A stretch of 64,000 bases of DNA from assembly GCA_947626035.1 (NCBI GenBank), contig CANQQR010000002.1:37175-101174 (forward strand), in the 5' to 3' direction. Shown here one piece after another: positions 36,507 through 47,200 of the stretch. The notes under the pieces are model-generated. The model had not been told where the DNA came from. It saw only the letters and a program-made list of their open reading frames with translations, and did no database searches. The number at the start of each line of letters is the position of its first letter. Within the stretch, counting starts at the first letter, position 1. The position numbers were made by a program, and so were the translations under genes. Origin of the DNA: an uncultured Bacilli bacterium. Its GTDB lineage: Bacteria; Bacillota_I; Bacilli_A; RF39; UBA660.

Positions 36507-36977
36507 TTAGCTATCTAAACCTGTTATTTTACCATCAGCATCGCAACTGATACCTGCTGTTTTATCTTTTGGAACGTCTTTTACATTTTTTGAATTTAAT
36601 GTGTTTATTGTAAGAGGTTCTTGACCAGTACTATCAAAATAATATGTTCCATCTGTTACTAATATTTTTGAAATTGTTCCTTTTGATGCATCAACTGATA
36701 CATAATATTTTAATTTTTCGTCTCCATCATAATCTAATTTTGCTGAACCCTCGCTACAATAAGGACCTGGAGTTCCATCTGGATCCATTGCTTCAGTTAT
36801 GTATTGTTGAGAAGCCATTTTCCAAATACTTTGACATTGTGTTACAAATGCATCTTTTCTACCTTCAGTAAATAGTTTTAAGATGTTTGGTGTTACTAAT
36901 AGCATTAATATTGCTAATATTGCTATTACGGCTAATAGTTCTACTAGAGTAAATCCTTTTTTATTTAATTTTTTCAT
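36507..36977 (-). CDS. Type IV pilin-like protein / competence pseudopilin (ComGC-like)
   Basis: Prepilin leader and N-methylation motif KKGFTLVELLAVIAILAIL. 156 aa. It is not part of an evident comG operon. Confidence 0.75.
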   Translation of the reverse strand: MKKLNKKGFTLVELLAVIAILAILMLLVTPNILKLFTEGRKDAFVTQCQSIWKMASQQYITEAMDPDGTPGPYCSEGSAKLDYDGDEKLKYYVSVDASKGTISKILVTDGTYYFDSTGQEPLTINTLNSKNVKDVPKDKTAGISCDADGKITGLDS

Positions 36978-37073
36978 TTTGTATCCTCTCCTTATTTTTA
37001 CTAGATTTATTATATCAAAAAAATATATTAATAGTCAATTATTTAGAATAACAAAATTATAAAAATGTAAAAT

Positions 37074-37295
37074 CTACTCTTTTGTAACATTCATGAATGC
37101 GTTTATTAGGTCAAATCCTGTTCCTATTTTTTCTACTTTGTCTTTAAATCTCATGCCATATCTTTCTTTCATTTCTTCTATCATTTTTTCTAATGGGTAG
37201 CCTCTGTTTAGTAATTTGTACCAGTGTGAGTTTTCTCTTAGGTATTTGAGTAAGTTTGGGTCGTTATAGATTTTTTCTTTTAAATTATAATTCAT
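37074..37295 (-). CDS. Hypothetical small protein (73 aa)
   Basis: ORF overlapping the upstream ORF by 1 nt (ATGA). No recognised motif. Confidence 0.4.
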   Translation of the reverse strand: MNYNLKEKIYNDPNLLKYLRENSHWYKLLNRGYPLEKMIEEMKERYGMRFKDKVEKIGTGFDLINAFMNVTKE

Positions 37296-37666
37296 TAGTC
37301 ATCAAAAAACCTTTCCACTACTGTATTTTTCTTTTTTGGTGTTACTTTTTTTTCTTCTTTTTTTTCACTTCTTAATGATACTATTTCTTCTAAAAATCCT
37401 AGGGCTTTTTGTAGGGACGATATGTTTTCTTCTAGTTTGTCAGTGTCTATATTTTTTATGTTGTTTAGAAGGTTTTTTACTGTTTCTTTTGTACTGTCGT
37501 CTTTTTCTTTTATTTCTTTTTTGTATTTGTTCCAGATTTCTGTGTCGGCACCGTAAATATCATATATTTCGTATAGGTCTTGCCACGTGTATTTACCGGT
37601 TGCTACTAAAGTTACTAGGTATTTGTTGTTTTGCGCGAATGATTTAAATGCTTCTTTTTTGTTCAT
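37295..37666 (-). CDS. Hypothetical protein (123 aa), K/E-rich C-terminus
   Basis: ORF translationally coupled to 37074..37295. No recognised motif. Confidence 0.4.
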   Translation of the reverse strand: MNKKEAFKSFAQNNKYLVTLVATGKYTWQDLYEIYDIYGADTEIWNKYKKEIKEKDDSTKETVKNLLNNIKNIDTDKLEENISSLQKALGFLEEIVSLRSEKKEEKKVTPKKKNTVVERFFDD

Positions 37667-37706
37667 GATATCACCATTAGTATTTTATGCAATTTTAGTG
37701 ATATTT

Positions 37707-38393
37707 TTAATTTTCTTTTTGATTATTTTTTGAATATTCATAGAAACTATAGTAACTATCGTAACTTATTATGATGTGGTCTATTAGCTTTATTCCTAGT
37801 ATTTCTCCTAGGTCTCTTAGTTTTAGTGTTACTTCTATGTCTAAGTCACTTGGGGTTGTGTCTCCACTTGGATGATTATGCATTACTGCAATGTATTTTG
37901 CACTTTCTTTTATTGCTTCTTTAAATATTTCTCTTGGGTGTATGTCAACTTTGTCTAGGGTACCTCTAAAGACTTCTTTTTTCTTTATTAGGTTCATTTT
38001 TGTGTCAAATAGTAGTACGAAGAATTTTTCTTGTGTTTCATATTGGAAGTCATTTCTAAAGTATTCAAAGATGCTTTTTGTGTTGTTTAGTTTGATTTTT
38101 TCTTCTTTAGTGTCGTAAATTCTTTTTCCTAATTCAAAGGACGCGAGTAATATACTTGATTTAGATAGTTTTATTCCTTTTATTTTGTTTAGTTTTTCTA
38201 GACTATATGTGCTTAGGTTTTTTAGGTTTTCTGCTTCTTTTAGTATTCTATTTGATAAGTCTATTACGGATTCGTTTTTGTTTCCTGTTCTTAGTAGTAT
38301 TGCTAAAAGTTCACTATCTGATAAGTTTTCTTTTCCATATTTTTTTAATTTTTCTCTTGGTTTTTCGCTTTCGTTTATTTCTTTAAATTTCAT
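37707..38393 (-). CDS. radC: RadC-like JAB-domain protein (UPF0758)
   Basis: JAMM-like motif HNHPSGDTTPS. N-terminal HhH-like region. 228 aa. Confidence 0.85.
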   Translation of the reverse strand: MKFKEINESEKPREKLKKYGKENLSDSELLAILLRTGNKNESVIDLSNRILKEAENLKNLSTYSLEKLNKIKGIKLSKSSILLASFELGKRIYDTKEEKIKLNNTKSIFEYFRNDFQYETQEKFFVLLFDTKMNLIKKKEVFRGTLDKVDIHPREIFKEAIKESAKYIAVMHNHPSGDTTPSDLDIEVTLKLRDLGEILGIKLIDHIIISYDSYYSFYEYSKNNQKEN

Positions 38394-38497
38394 GTTTTCC
38401 TTTCAGTTTAAAAACATGTGTTTAGAACTAATTTTATATATTACATTATTTTTTTATTTTATTCAAGGAGATTTTGGACCAAAATAAAATTTCTAAT

Positions 38498-38580
38498 TTG
38501 ACATATTTTTTAAAATAGTGTACAATTTAGTTATTAGGTTGGTCTTGACCCGTATGGGTCGGGGTCAACCTATTTTTTAT
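38498..38580 (+). ncRNA. Candidate small RNA / orphan promoter-terminator unit: consensus sigma-A promoter TTGACA-17-TACAAT directly followed by a 15-bp stem (with G-U wobbles valid only on the plus strand) and a U-tract
   Basis: The -35 ttgaca is at 38498-38503 and the -10 tacaat at 38521-38526, with an exact 17-nt spacer. The 5' arm ggttggtcttgaccc (38537-38551), loop gtat and 3' arm gggtcggggtcaacc (38556-38570) are followed by tattttttat. This GC-rich hairpin stands out in the AT-rich intergenic region between radC and rpmF, which are both on the minus strand. Flanking ~30-bp direct repeats ttattcaagNgaNtttttggNcaaaataaaa lie at 38459-38490 and 38578-38609. Confidence 0.4.
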
Positions 38581-38595
38581 TCAAGTGAATTTTTG

Positions 38596-38626
38596 GTCAA
38601 AATAAAAGCTATACTGTTTTAGTATA
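38596..38626 (-). terminator. Intrinsic terminator downstream of rpmF (stem tatact/agtata, U-rich tail)
   Basis: Hairpin at 38610-38626. The minus-strand tail is gcuuuuauuuug. Confidence 0.5.
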
Positions 38627-38641
38627 ACTTCTATATTTTAA

Positions 38642-38854
38642 TTACTTAGTTTCTTCTTTGCTTGTTTTAATTACTTCTTTTCCTTTGTAGTGTCCACATT
38701 TAGTACAAGCACGATGAGGTGCTAGAGGAGCACCACAGTTTTTACAAGTTGCTATAGTAGGAGCATCTTTTTTTAGATGAGTTCTACGCGCTCTTTTTGC
38801 TGTTTTACTTGTTCTTCTAAAAGGTACTGCAAATAATTGTAAATCAAATTTCAT
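38642..38854 (-). CDS. rpmF: 50S ribosomal protein L32
   Basis: [18 protein letters not shown]... plus the CxxC...CxxC zinc ribbon ([18 protein letters not shown]). The true start is probably a non-ATG codon a few residues inside the listed ORF (LFAVPF). Confidence 0.85.
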   Translation of the reverse strand: MKFDLQLFAVPFRRTSKTAKRARRTHLKKDAPTIATCKNCGAPLAPHRACTKCGHYKGKEVIKTSKEETK

Positions 38855-39339
38855 TATTTTCCCTCCATATCTAACATTCTACTTAATTCACTAAGTGGTG
38901 AATTATTTTCTTTTTCATTTTCATCTTTTAAGCTCCAACCATTTCCATCAGTTATAAAATCTGCATCTTCTTTTACAACACGAAGTGGAACTTCCAGTAC
39001 AATATTTTCCCATACAATTCCAAAAATATCAAGAGAATTTTGAAAAATAAATTGTTTTTCGCCAATTTCTACGTCTTTACTTATTGTATTTTCTAGTATT
39101 ATGTCTAAAGGATAGTTTACTTCTTCTAGGCTACGAGCGCATAATAATACCATATTTCCAGTGATATTTAAGGTTAAATTGTATACACTGTCCTCTATTC
39201 TTGTTATTTTTCCTTTTGCATGTATATTTTCTAGTCTTTTTATATCAGTATTTTTTAGTGTTTCTTCGTCAAATGTGATGTCTTCGTCTATTATAAGTTC
39301 TGTTTCTACTTCGCTATTTAATTTGCTAATATCAAACAT
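38854..39339 (-). CDS. yceD: YceD/DUF177 family protein (large-subunit rRNA accumulation protein), upstream partner of rpmF
   Basis: 161-aa acidic protein. The yceD-rpmF synteny is conserved. It overlaps rpmF by 1 nt. Confidence 0.7.
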   Translation of the reverse strand: MFDISKLNSEVETELIIDEDITFDEETLKNTDIKRLENIHAKGKITRIEDSVYNLTLNITGNMVLLCARSLEEVNYPLDIILENTISKDVEIGEKQFIFQNSLDIFGIVWENIVLEVPLRVVKEDADFITDGNGWSLKDENEKENNSPLSELSRMLDMEGK

Positions 39340-39470
39340 AATTTACCCCTCCTTAACTTAATTATAATATATATGTTGGTAATATGCAAATTTTTAATTT
39401 TGAAGTATCAATTTTTAATTTTGTTTTTAGTTATATTGTGTTAGAATGTTTGTGGAAGTGAGTATATTTT

Positions 39471-40598
39471 ATGAATGTTATAGGTATTGTATCAGAATAT
39501 AATCCTTTTCATAATGGACATGTTTATCAAATTAATAAGGTTAAAGAGATGTACCCTGATTCTATTATTGTTGTTGCAATGAGTGGGAATTATACTGAAA
39601 GAGGAGAATTTAGTGTTATTGATAAGTGGGACAAGACTAGTGTTGTTTTGAGTCATGGTGTTGATGTTGTTTTAGAGATACCTTTTCCCTATTCTAATCA
39701 GTCTGCTGATACTTTTAGTTATGCTGCAATTAAAATGCTTAGTGAGTTTCATATTGATACTTTGGTTTTTGGAAGTGAGAGTGATGATTTGGAAACTCTT
39801 GTTAATACTGCTAGTGTACAGATTAATAATCCTTCTTTTGATAATCTTGTTAAAAAGTATATGAAGCAAAAGAATAATTACCCTACTAGTTTGAGTAAGG
39901 CAATTTATGATTTAACTAATAATAAGGTTACTAGTAGTAATGATTTACTTGCGGTTTCTTATATTAAGGAAATTATTAAGAATAAGTATAATATTAAGTT
40001 AGAGCCGATTAAGAGAAGTAATTCTTTTAAGACACTTACTGGAAGTGGTAATATTATGAGTGCTTATGGGATTAGAGAGTTACTTAAGGAAAAGAAAGAT
40101 ATAAGTAAGTATGTTCCTAATGATACTTTAAATTATATTCGTTATATTGATTATGATAATGTTTTTAAGTTTTTAAAGTATAAGATTATTTCTAGTAAAG
40201 ATTTTTTAAGTTCGTATCATTTGATTACTGAGGGGATTGATAATAGAATTTATGAAGCTGCTTTAAAGAGTAATAGTATGGATGAGTTTATTAGTAATAT
40301 TAAGAATAAGAGAGTTACTGAGAATAGAATTAAGAGAATGCTTATGAATATTTTAGTTGGGTTTAGTAAAAGAGAAGCTTCTTCTTTTAAGTCTTTAGAG
40401 TATATACGTGTACTTGGTATGTCTAAAGCTGGAAGAAATTATTATAAGTCTATTAAAAATAGTACTAGTTTACCTATTGTTACTAAGTTAGAAAGAGGTG
40501 TTACTTCTAGTATTAGTTATAAGAGCAGTTATATTTATTATTTTGTTAATGATTTTGATAATGTAGATGAAAAAAATAAGCATGTTATTTTGAAGTAA
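39471..40598 (+). CDS. tmcAL: tRNA(Met) cytidine acetate ligase TmcAL (YlbM/UPF0348 nucleotidyltransferase)
   Basis: N-terminal IGIVSEYNPFHNGHVYQI (HxGH-type motif characteristic of YlbM/TmcAL). 375 aa. Confidence 0.75.
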   Translation: MNVIGIVSEYNPFHNGHVYQINKVKEMYPDSIIVVAMSGNYTERGEFSVIDKWDKTSVVLSHGVDVVLEIPFPYSNQSADTFSYAAIKMLSEFHIDTLVFGSESDDLETLVNTASVQINNPSFDNLVKKYMKQKNNYPTSLSKAIYDLTNNKVTSSNDLLAVSYIKEIIKNKYNIKLEPIKRSNSFKTLTGSGNIMSAYGIRELLKEKKDISKYVPNDTLNYIRYIDYDNVFKFLKYKIISSKDFLSSYHLITEGIDNRIYEAALKSNSMDEFISNIKNKRVTENRIKRMLMNILVGFSKREASSFKSLEYIRVLGMSKAGRNYYKSIKNSTSLPIVTKLERGVTSSISYKSSYIYYFVNDFDNVDEKNKHVILK

Positions 40599-40605
40599 AA
40601 CTTGC

Positions 40606-41484
40606 TTATTTTTTTGGTTTTGTGTTTACTGTTACGTATCTTATATTTAAATCACTTCTTTTTAGGTCTTGTTTTATTTTCTTTTCTATTTTATATACTT
40701 CTTTTAGAGGTGTGTCTTCTTTCATGAATATGTCTATATAAGACTGGTTGTATGAACCATATTTTAGTATTGTTATTCTTCTTATTTTTATGTTTTTGTT
40801 TCTTTTTATTATTTCTTTTACTGTGTTTATTTTTGTTTCGTCTGTTTCTACTTCTCCTATTACGCTGCTTAGGTTTTCTTTTAGTATTTTTATTCCTACT
40901 TTTAGTGTTAGTAAACTTATTATAATTCCGCCTATTAAGTCTGCATAGCTAAATATTTTGTATTTTTTTCCTATTAGGGATGTTAGGACAAATATAAGTG
41001 ATGCGGAAGAAGCATATGCATCGTATCTACTTTCTGTTCCGTTTGTTTTTATTATGTTGCTGTTTAATTCTTTTCCTTTTTTTAGTAAGTAACTACTTAG
41101 GATGATTTTTAGGATTATTCCTATTATTAAAACTATGACTGCGTATTTATTAGGAGATAATATTTTTCCATTTATTGCGTTAAAAAATGTTGTTATACCT
41201 AGGCTGATTATTAAGAAACTCATTAATATGCTTGTTATATATTCAATTTTTCCGTGTCCAAATGGATGGGCATCGTCTGGCTTTTTGTTTGAGAGTATGC
41301 TTCCTATTAGGCCTATTATGTCTGTTGTCATGTCACTTAGAGAGTGTACACCGTCTGCGACTAGAGTTTTTGAGTTACCAAAAAAAGCACCTAGTATTTT
41401 AAATATGCTTATTATAAAATTTACTAGGAAACTTTTTATTAAAGTTTTTGTTATCAATTTTTCACCTACTTTGCATCGTACCAA
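40606..41484 (-). CDS. Cation diffusion facilitator (CDF) family metal efflux transporter
   Basis: Six transmembrane segments. HSLSDMTTD and H..HGKIEY motifs typical of CDF proteins. A C-terminal cytoplasmic domain is present. 292 aa. It overlaps polA by 19 nt. Confidence 0.85.
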   Translation of the reverse strand: MVRCKVGEKLITKTLIKSFLVNFIISIFKILGAFFGNSKTLVADGVHSLSDMTTDIIGLIGSILSNKKPDDAHPFGHGKIEYITSILMSFLIISLGITTFFNAINGKILSPNKYAVIVLIIGIILKIILSSYLLKKGKELNSNIIKTNGTESRYDAYASSASLIFVLTSLIGKKYKIFSYADLIGGIIISLLTLKVGIKILKENLSSVIGEVETDETKINTVKEIIKRNKNIKIRRITILKYGSYNQSYIDIFMKEDTPLKEVYKIEKKIKQDLKRSDLNIRYVTVNTKPKK

Positions 41485-44051
41485 TTGTCGCCAAAGTCTA
41501 CTTCTACTTTTAAAGGTACTAATAATTTATATGTGTTTTCCATTATGTCTGTTACAAGTTTTGCGACTATTTCTTTTTCTTCTTTTGGTACGGTTAGTAC
41601 TAATTCGTCATGTACTTGGATTATTAATTTTGCTTTTAGATTTCTTTTTTCTAATTCTTTGTCTACTTCTATCATTGCTTTTTTTATTATGTCTGCACTG
41701 CTACCTTGTATTGGTGTGTTTAAGGCCATTCTTTCTCCTGATTTTTGTATTATGTAGTTGGTGTTTTTTAGTTCGTCTATTGTTCTTTTTCTGTTCATTA
41801 TTGTTCTTACGTAGCCTTTTTCTTTTGCTTCTATTACTATTTCGTCCATGTATTTTTTTACACCTGGGTACATGTTTAGGTATTTGTCTATGAATTTGCT
41901 TGCTTCTTTTACGTTTAAGCTTAGGTTTTCGCCTAGACCAAAGCCACTTATTCCGTATACTATTCCAAATATTACTGCTTTTGCTGTTCTTCTCATGTCT
42001 TTTGTTACGTCTTTAGTGTCTACGTCAAATATGTCACTTGCTACTTTTGTGTGTATGTCTTCGTGGTGTTTAAATGCGTCTATTAGTGCGTCACATTTTG
42101 AGATGTGTGCGAGTAATCTTAGTTCTATTTGGCTATAGTCACTTGTTAGGATTACACTATCTTTTTCTGGAAAAAATGCTTTTCTTATTTTTTTACCTTC
42201 TTCTGTTCTTACTGGTATGTTTTGTAGGTTTGGTTCAGCAGAAGATAGTCTTCCTGTTCTTGTTATTGCTTGTTTAAATATTGTGTGGATTTTTCCGTCT
42301 TCCATTATGAATTTGTTTAGACTGTCCATGTATGTGTTCATTAGTTTTGTTAGGTTTCTGTGTTCTAGTATTAGTGGAATTATTGGGCTTGTTGGTATTA
42401 GTTTTACAAGTGCGTCATGGTTAGTTGGGTAACCGTTTCTTCCTTTCTTTTTTCCGTGTGGAAGATTTAGGTGTTCAAATAAGACTTCTCCTAGTTGTTT
42501 TGGACTTGAGATATTAAAAGTCATTCCAGCTAGCTCATATATTTCTTCACTAATTTTGTCAATTTTTGTACTTATTTCTTCTTTCATTTCGTTTATTTTG
42601 TCAGCATGAACATTTACACCAGTCATTTCCATTTTTGCTAGTACGTTTATTAGAGGCATTTCTATGTCTTTAAATAGTTTATACATTTCTTCTTCTGTTA
42701 GTTCTTTTATGTAGTCTTCTTTTGTGTTATATAGGAATATACTTTTTTTTGCAATGTTAGATATGAATGTTTCTTCATTTGTTATTTGTTCTTTTTTTAC
42801 TAGGTTTTCATAAAATTCGATGTCATAGCCTTTTGTATTTGATATGTAACTTATGTCTTCTTTTACGTTGTAGTTTAGTAGGTATGCGGCTATCATTGTG
42901 TCAAAGTCTACGTTTGTTAGAGATATATCATATCTTTTTAGTACTACTATTGCTTTTTTTAGGTCGTATGTTGTTTTTGCGTGTTTAAATATGTCTTTAT
43001 TTTCCATTATTGCTTGTTCGTCTAGGTAGTATAGTTTTTCTCCATCGTATAAAGATAATGCTAGAAGTGAAGACTGATGGTAGTTTTCTTTACTTACTTC
43101 TAGATAGAATGCAAAGTCTTTATCTATGTTTATTTTACCGTTTACTTTTATTATTTCTATGTCTTTTTTTATGTCTTTTTTTGTTTCTTTTTTTATTAGT
43201 GAATAAAACTCAAGTTCTTCATATAAATTCATTAGTTCTTTTTCATTTTTTTCTTTTATTTTGATGTCTTCGAATGTCATGTTTAGTGGAACGCTTTTGT
43301 ATATTGTTGCTAGGTCGTAACTTGAGAATGCGTCCTCTTTTCCGTCTATTAGTTTTTCTTTTGTTTTTCCTTTTATGGTATCTATGTTTTCATATAAGTT
43401 TTCTAGTGTTTGATATTCTTTTAGTAAGTTTATTGCTGTTTTTTCGCCTATTCCTTTTACACCTGGGATGTTGTCACTAGGGTCTCCCATTAGTGCTTTT
43501 AGGTCTATCATTCTTATTGGTTCTACACCATAGTATTCTTTAAATGTTTCTGTGTTCATTAGTATGTAGTCTTTTTGTTTTAGTAGTTTTACGTTAACAC
43601 AGTCAGTTATTAGTTGTAGTAAGTCTTTATCGCTACTTATTATTGTTGCGTCATATTGTTTGTCTAAGTCAGCCATTTTTGCAAATGTACCGATTATGTC
43701 GTCTGCTTCATAGTTATCTATTGCTACTGCTTTTATTCCAAGAGCATCTAGTATTTTGTATGCTACAGGGAATTGTACTAATAGATCGTTTGGTGTTTCT
43801 ATTCTTCCTGCTTTATAGTCTTTGTATTTTTCGTGTCTAAAGTTTTTTCCTTTGTCAAATGCTACTACTATATATTCTGGTTTTTCTTCGTTTAGTATTT
43901 TGTTTATCATGTTTATAAATCCGTATAGGGCATTTGTTGGAAAGTTTTTGGAATTTTTCATTAGGTTACCATTATATGCTGTTGCATAATAGCTTCTAAA
44001 TAGTAAATTATTTCCGTCTATTAGTACTACTCTTTTCATTATCATCACCAT
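41466..44051 (-). CDS. polA: DNA polymerase I
   Basis: 5'-3' exonuclease domain, vestigial 3'-5' exonuclease domain and the polymerase domain with motifs RRTAKAVIFGIVYG and QVHDELVL. The likely true start is the internal MKRVVLIDG (about 44039), which is preceded by a GGTGA ribosome-binding site. Confidence 0.95.
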   Translation of the reverse strand: MVMIMKRVVLIDGNNLLFRSYYATAYNGNLMKNSKNFPTNALYGFINMINKILNEEKPEYIVVAFDKGKNFRHEKYKDYKAGRIETPNDLLVQFPVAYKILDALGIKAVAIDNYEADDIIGTFAKMADLDKQYDATIISSDKDLLQLITDCVNVKLLKQKDYILMNTETFKEYYGVEPIRMIDLKALMGDPSDNIPGVKGIGEKTAINLLKEYQTLENLYENIDTIKGKTKEKLIDGKEDAFSSYDLATIYKSVPLNMTFEDIKIKEKNEKELMNLYEELEFYSLIKKETKKDIKKDIEIIKVNGKINIDKDFAFYLEVSKENYHQSSLLALSLYDGEKLYYLDEQAIMENKDIFKHAKTTYDLKKAIVVLKRYDISLTNVDFDTMIAAYLLNYNVKEDISYISNTKGYDIEFYENLVKKEQITNEETFISNIAKKSIFLYNTKEDYIKELTEEEMYKLFKDIEMPLINVLAKMEMTGVNVHADKINEMKEEISTKIDKISEEIYELAGMTFNISSPKQLGEVLFEHLNLPHGKKKGRNGYPTNHDALVKLIPTSPIIPLILEHRNLTKLMNTYMDSLNKFIMEDGKIHTIFKQAITRTGRLSSAEPNLQNIPVRTEEGKKIRKAFFPEKDSVILTSDYSQIELRLLAHISKCDALIDAFKHHEDIHTKVASDIFDVDTKDVTKDMRRTAKAVIFGIVYGISGFGLGENLSLNVKEASKFIDKYLNMYPGVKKYMDEIVIEAKEKGYVRTIMNRKRTIDELKNTNYIIQKSGERMALNTPIQGSSADIIKKAMIEVDKELEKRNLKAKLIIQVHDELVLTVPKEEKEIVAKLVTDIMENTYKLLVPLKVEVDFGDNWYDAK

Positions 44052-44227
44052 TTAAAGTATAGCATAAGAATTTTTACTTTTAAAGTTACTTTTTCTTTTC
44101 TTTCTACTATTTTTAGGCTATTTTCATGTAGTCACTTGTTTTATGACTGGTGTTTCTATTACTGTTTTTGGTAATTTTTACCATTTTGTTATTATGAATT
44201 ATAATTTTACATTTTGGTTTACATTTT

Positions 44228-44262
44228 TTTGTTTTTAAAAAGAGAAGTTTTGTTCTTCTCTT
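44228..44262 (-). terminator. Hairpin (aagagaag/cttctctt) overlapping the polC stop codon; possible terminator
   Basis: Inverted repeat at 44240-44247 and 44255-44262. The minus-strand tail is uuuuaaaaac, a weak U-tract. Confidence 0.4.
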
Positions 44263-47200
44263 ACATGAATAGGTCTAGACTTAGTTGACTACTTTCAGGC
44301 ATTTCATTAAAGCAGTTTAGGCCTCTTAGTTTGTCTACTATTGCTTGAGAAACTTTTCCTCTTATTTGGAAGTCTTCGATACTTACGTATGGTCTGTTTT
44401 CTCTTTCTTCAACTATTTTTTTAGCGGCTACATCGCCCATTCCATCTAGTACTGTAAATGGTGGGATTAGTCCGGTTTTGTCTTTGTTTATTTTGAACAT
44501 TGTAGCGTCACTTTCTTGTATGCTTATGTTTTCTATGTGGAAGCCTCTGCACATCATTTCGTTTATTATTGAAAGGCTTGATAAGATTGATTCTTCTTTT
44601 TTGGATTTACTAAAGCCTTTTTCTGTTATTCTTTCTATTGAGGCTAGTACTTCACTTCTTCCTTTTATCATAGCATCTATGTCAAAGTCACTTTCTCTTA
44701 TACTTAGGTATACCCTGTAATAGTTTAGTGGATGGTATAGTTTAAACCATGCTACTCTAAAACCGTTTATTACATATGCTGCTGCGTGGGCTTTTGGGAA
44801 CATGTATTTTATTTTTTCACATGACTTTATATACCATTCTGGAACATTATGTTCTTTTAGTAATTTTTTGTGTTCTACCCATGTGTCAGGTTCTTTTGCT
44901 GTTTTTCCTTTACGTATAAATTCACTTATTTTGAATGATTGTCCTTTTTCTATTCCAGCTTTTATTAGGTAGAGCATTATGTCGTCACGACATCCTATTA
45001 CTTCGTCAAATGAGCAAGTTCCATCTAGTATTAGGTCTCTTGCGTTACCGTTCCATACGTCTGTTCCGTGTGATAGTCCTGATATTTTTATTAGGTCTGC
45101 AAATTTTGTTGGCTTTACTTCTTCTAGCATTTTTATTACAAAGTTTGTACCAAATTCTGGTATACCAAGTGTTCCTGTTACGCAATTTATGTCGCTTTCT
45201 TTTACGCCTAGAGCACTTGGGTTATTAAATAAGCTTATTACACCCCTGTCGTCAAGTGGTATGTCATTTATGTCTACTTTTACATCGTCAGAAAGGTATT
45301 TTAGTACTGTTGGATCATCGTGCCCGAGTATGTCTAGTTTTAGTACGTTTTCTTCGATGTCATGATATTCAAAGTGGCTTGTGTACCATGCAGCTTCTGT
45401 GTTTTCTGCAGGGTATTGGTATGGGGTAAAGTCAAATACGTCTTTATAGTCAGGGATTACTATTATTCCGCCAGGGTGTTGGCCACTGGTTCTTTTTACA
45501 CCAGTTATTCCTATTGCAAGTCTTTCTACTTCTGGTTTTCTTAGTGTTATGTTTTTTTCTTCTGCATATATTCTTACGAATTGTTCAGCGGTTTTGTCCG
45601 CGATTGTTGTGACGGTTCCTGCACGGTAGACGTTGTGTTCTCCAAATAAGACTTTTGTGTAGTCATGGGCTTTTGCTTGATATTCTCCTGAAAAGTTAAG
45701 GTCTATATCTGGTGTTTTTTCAGCGTTAAAGCCTAGGAATGTTTCAAATGGTATGTCTTGGCCTTGTCTTTTCATAAGGGTTCCACATTCACATGTTCTT
45801 TCTGGCATATCAAATCCACTTCCGTATTTAAGGTTGTAAGGGGTTCCGTCAGTATCTTCAAAGTAACTTTTTTTACAGTTTGGACATACATAGTGAGGAG
45901 GAAGTGGGTTTACTTCTGTGATACCACAGAATGTTGCTACTAAGCTAGAACCGACACTACCACGGGAACCTACTATGTAACCGTGAGCGTTTGAGTTTTC
46001 TACTAGACGTTGAGCGATTAGGTATATAACATCATAGCCTCCGTTTATGATACCGTTTAGCTCTTTGTCTAGACGTGTTTTTATTAATTCAGGTAATGGG
46101 TCGCCATAGATTTTAGTGGCATTACCATATACTGTGTCTTTTACTATTTGTACTGAGTTTTCCATTCTTGGTGGGTTTAGGCCTGGTTTTACTACTTCTA
46201 CTGTTTCAAACATGTCAGCGACTTTATTAGAGTTAGTCACTACTATTTCATATGCTTTTTCACTACCTAAAAATTCAAATTCTTTTAGCATTTCGTTTGT
46301 TGTCATGAAGTATGCGTTTGGTATGGTTTTTATGCTTGGTCTATATAATGGGTGGAAGCCGCCACCTGGTTGTTTTTGTGTTATTAGTATTTCTCTATAT
46401 ATGTTGTCTTCTGGGTCAAGTGTGTGCACGTCTCCTGTTGCTACTACCATTTTACCTATTTTGTCAGCACATGATACTATTTTATTTATTATGTTATATA
46501 TGTCAGTTTTACTTGATACTTCACTACTTTCAACTAGGTAATCCATGATAGATGGAGGGTTTACTTCTATAAAGTCATAGTATTTCATTAGGTTAGATAG
46601 TTCTTCTTCGTTTACTCTTTTTGCTTGTTCAAATATTTCTCCGTTAACACAACCTGAGCCTATTATTAAACCGTCTCTTAGTTTTGTTAGTAAGCTTTTT
46701 GGAGTTCTTGGGGTTTTATAGAAGTATTTTGTGTTTGCTTCACTTATTATTTTGAACATGTTTTTTAGTCCAGTGTTGTTTTTTGCATATACTGTTACGT
46801 GATATGGTCTATTTACTTTGTAAGCGTTTTCTGGGTCTATTAGTGTTTTTAAGTCACTTATTGTTTCAAAGTTACCTGAAAGACTTGTTATCATTTTGTG
46901 AAATACTAAGGCTGTTGCTTCTGCATCGTAGTCAGCGCGGTGGTGGCCTGTTTCATCAAATTCTATGTTGTATCTTTTTGTTAGTACACTTAGGTTGTGT
47001 TTTTTTGCGTCAGGGTTTTGTGCTTTTGATATTTCCATTGTGTCTATTACTACGTTGTCAAATGAGCCTAGGTTGTATTTATTGTAAGCACTTTCCATAA
47101 ATGATATGTCGAATCTTGCATTTTGTGCGACCATTGGAGACGCGCCAATCCATTCTTTGAAACTTTTTACTACGTCTATTTCGTCACGTTTGTCTTTTAG

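Noticed and set aside
38185-38487. 100-aa plus-strand ORF overlapping radC
   Set aside because: It is antisense to radC and low-complexity. The real feature in this area is the downstream promoter-hairpin unit.
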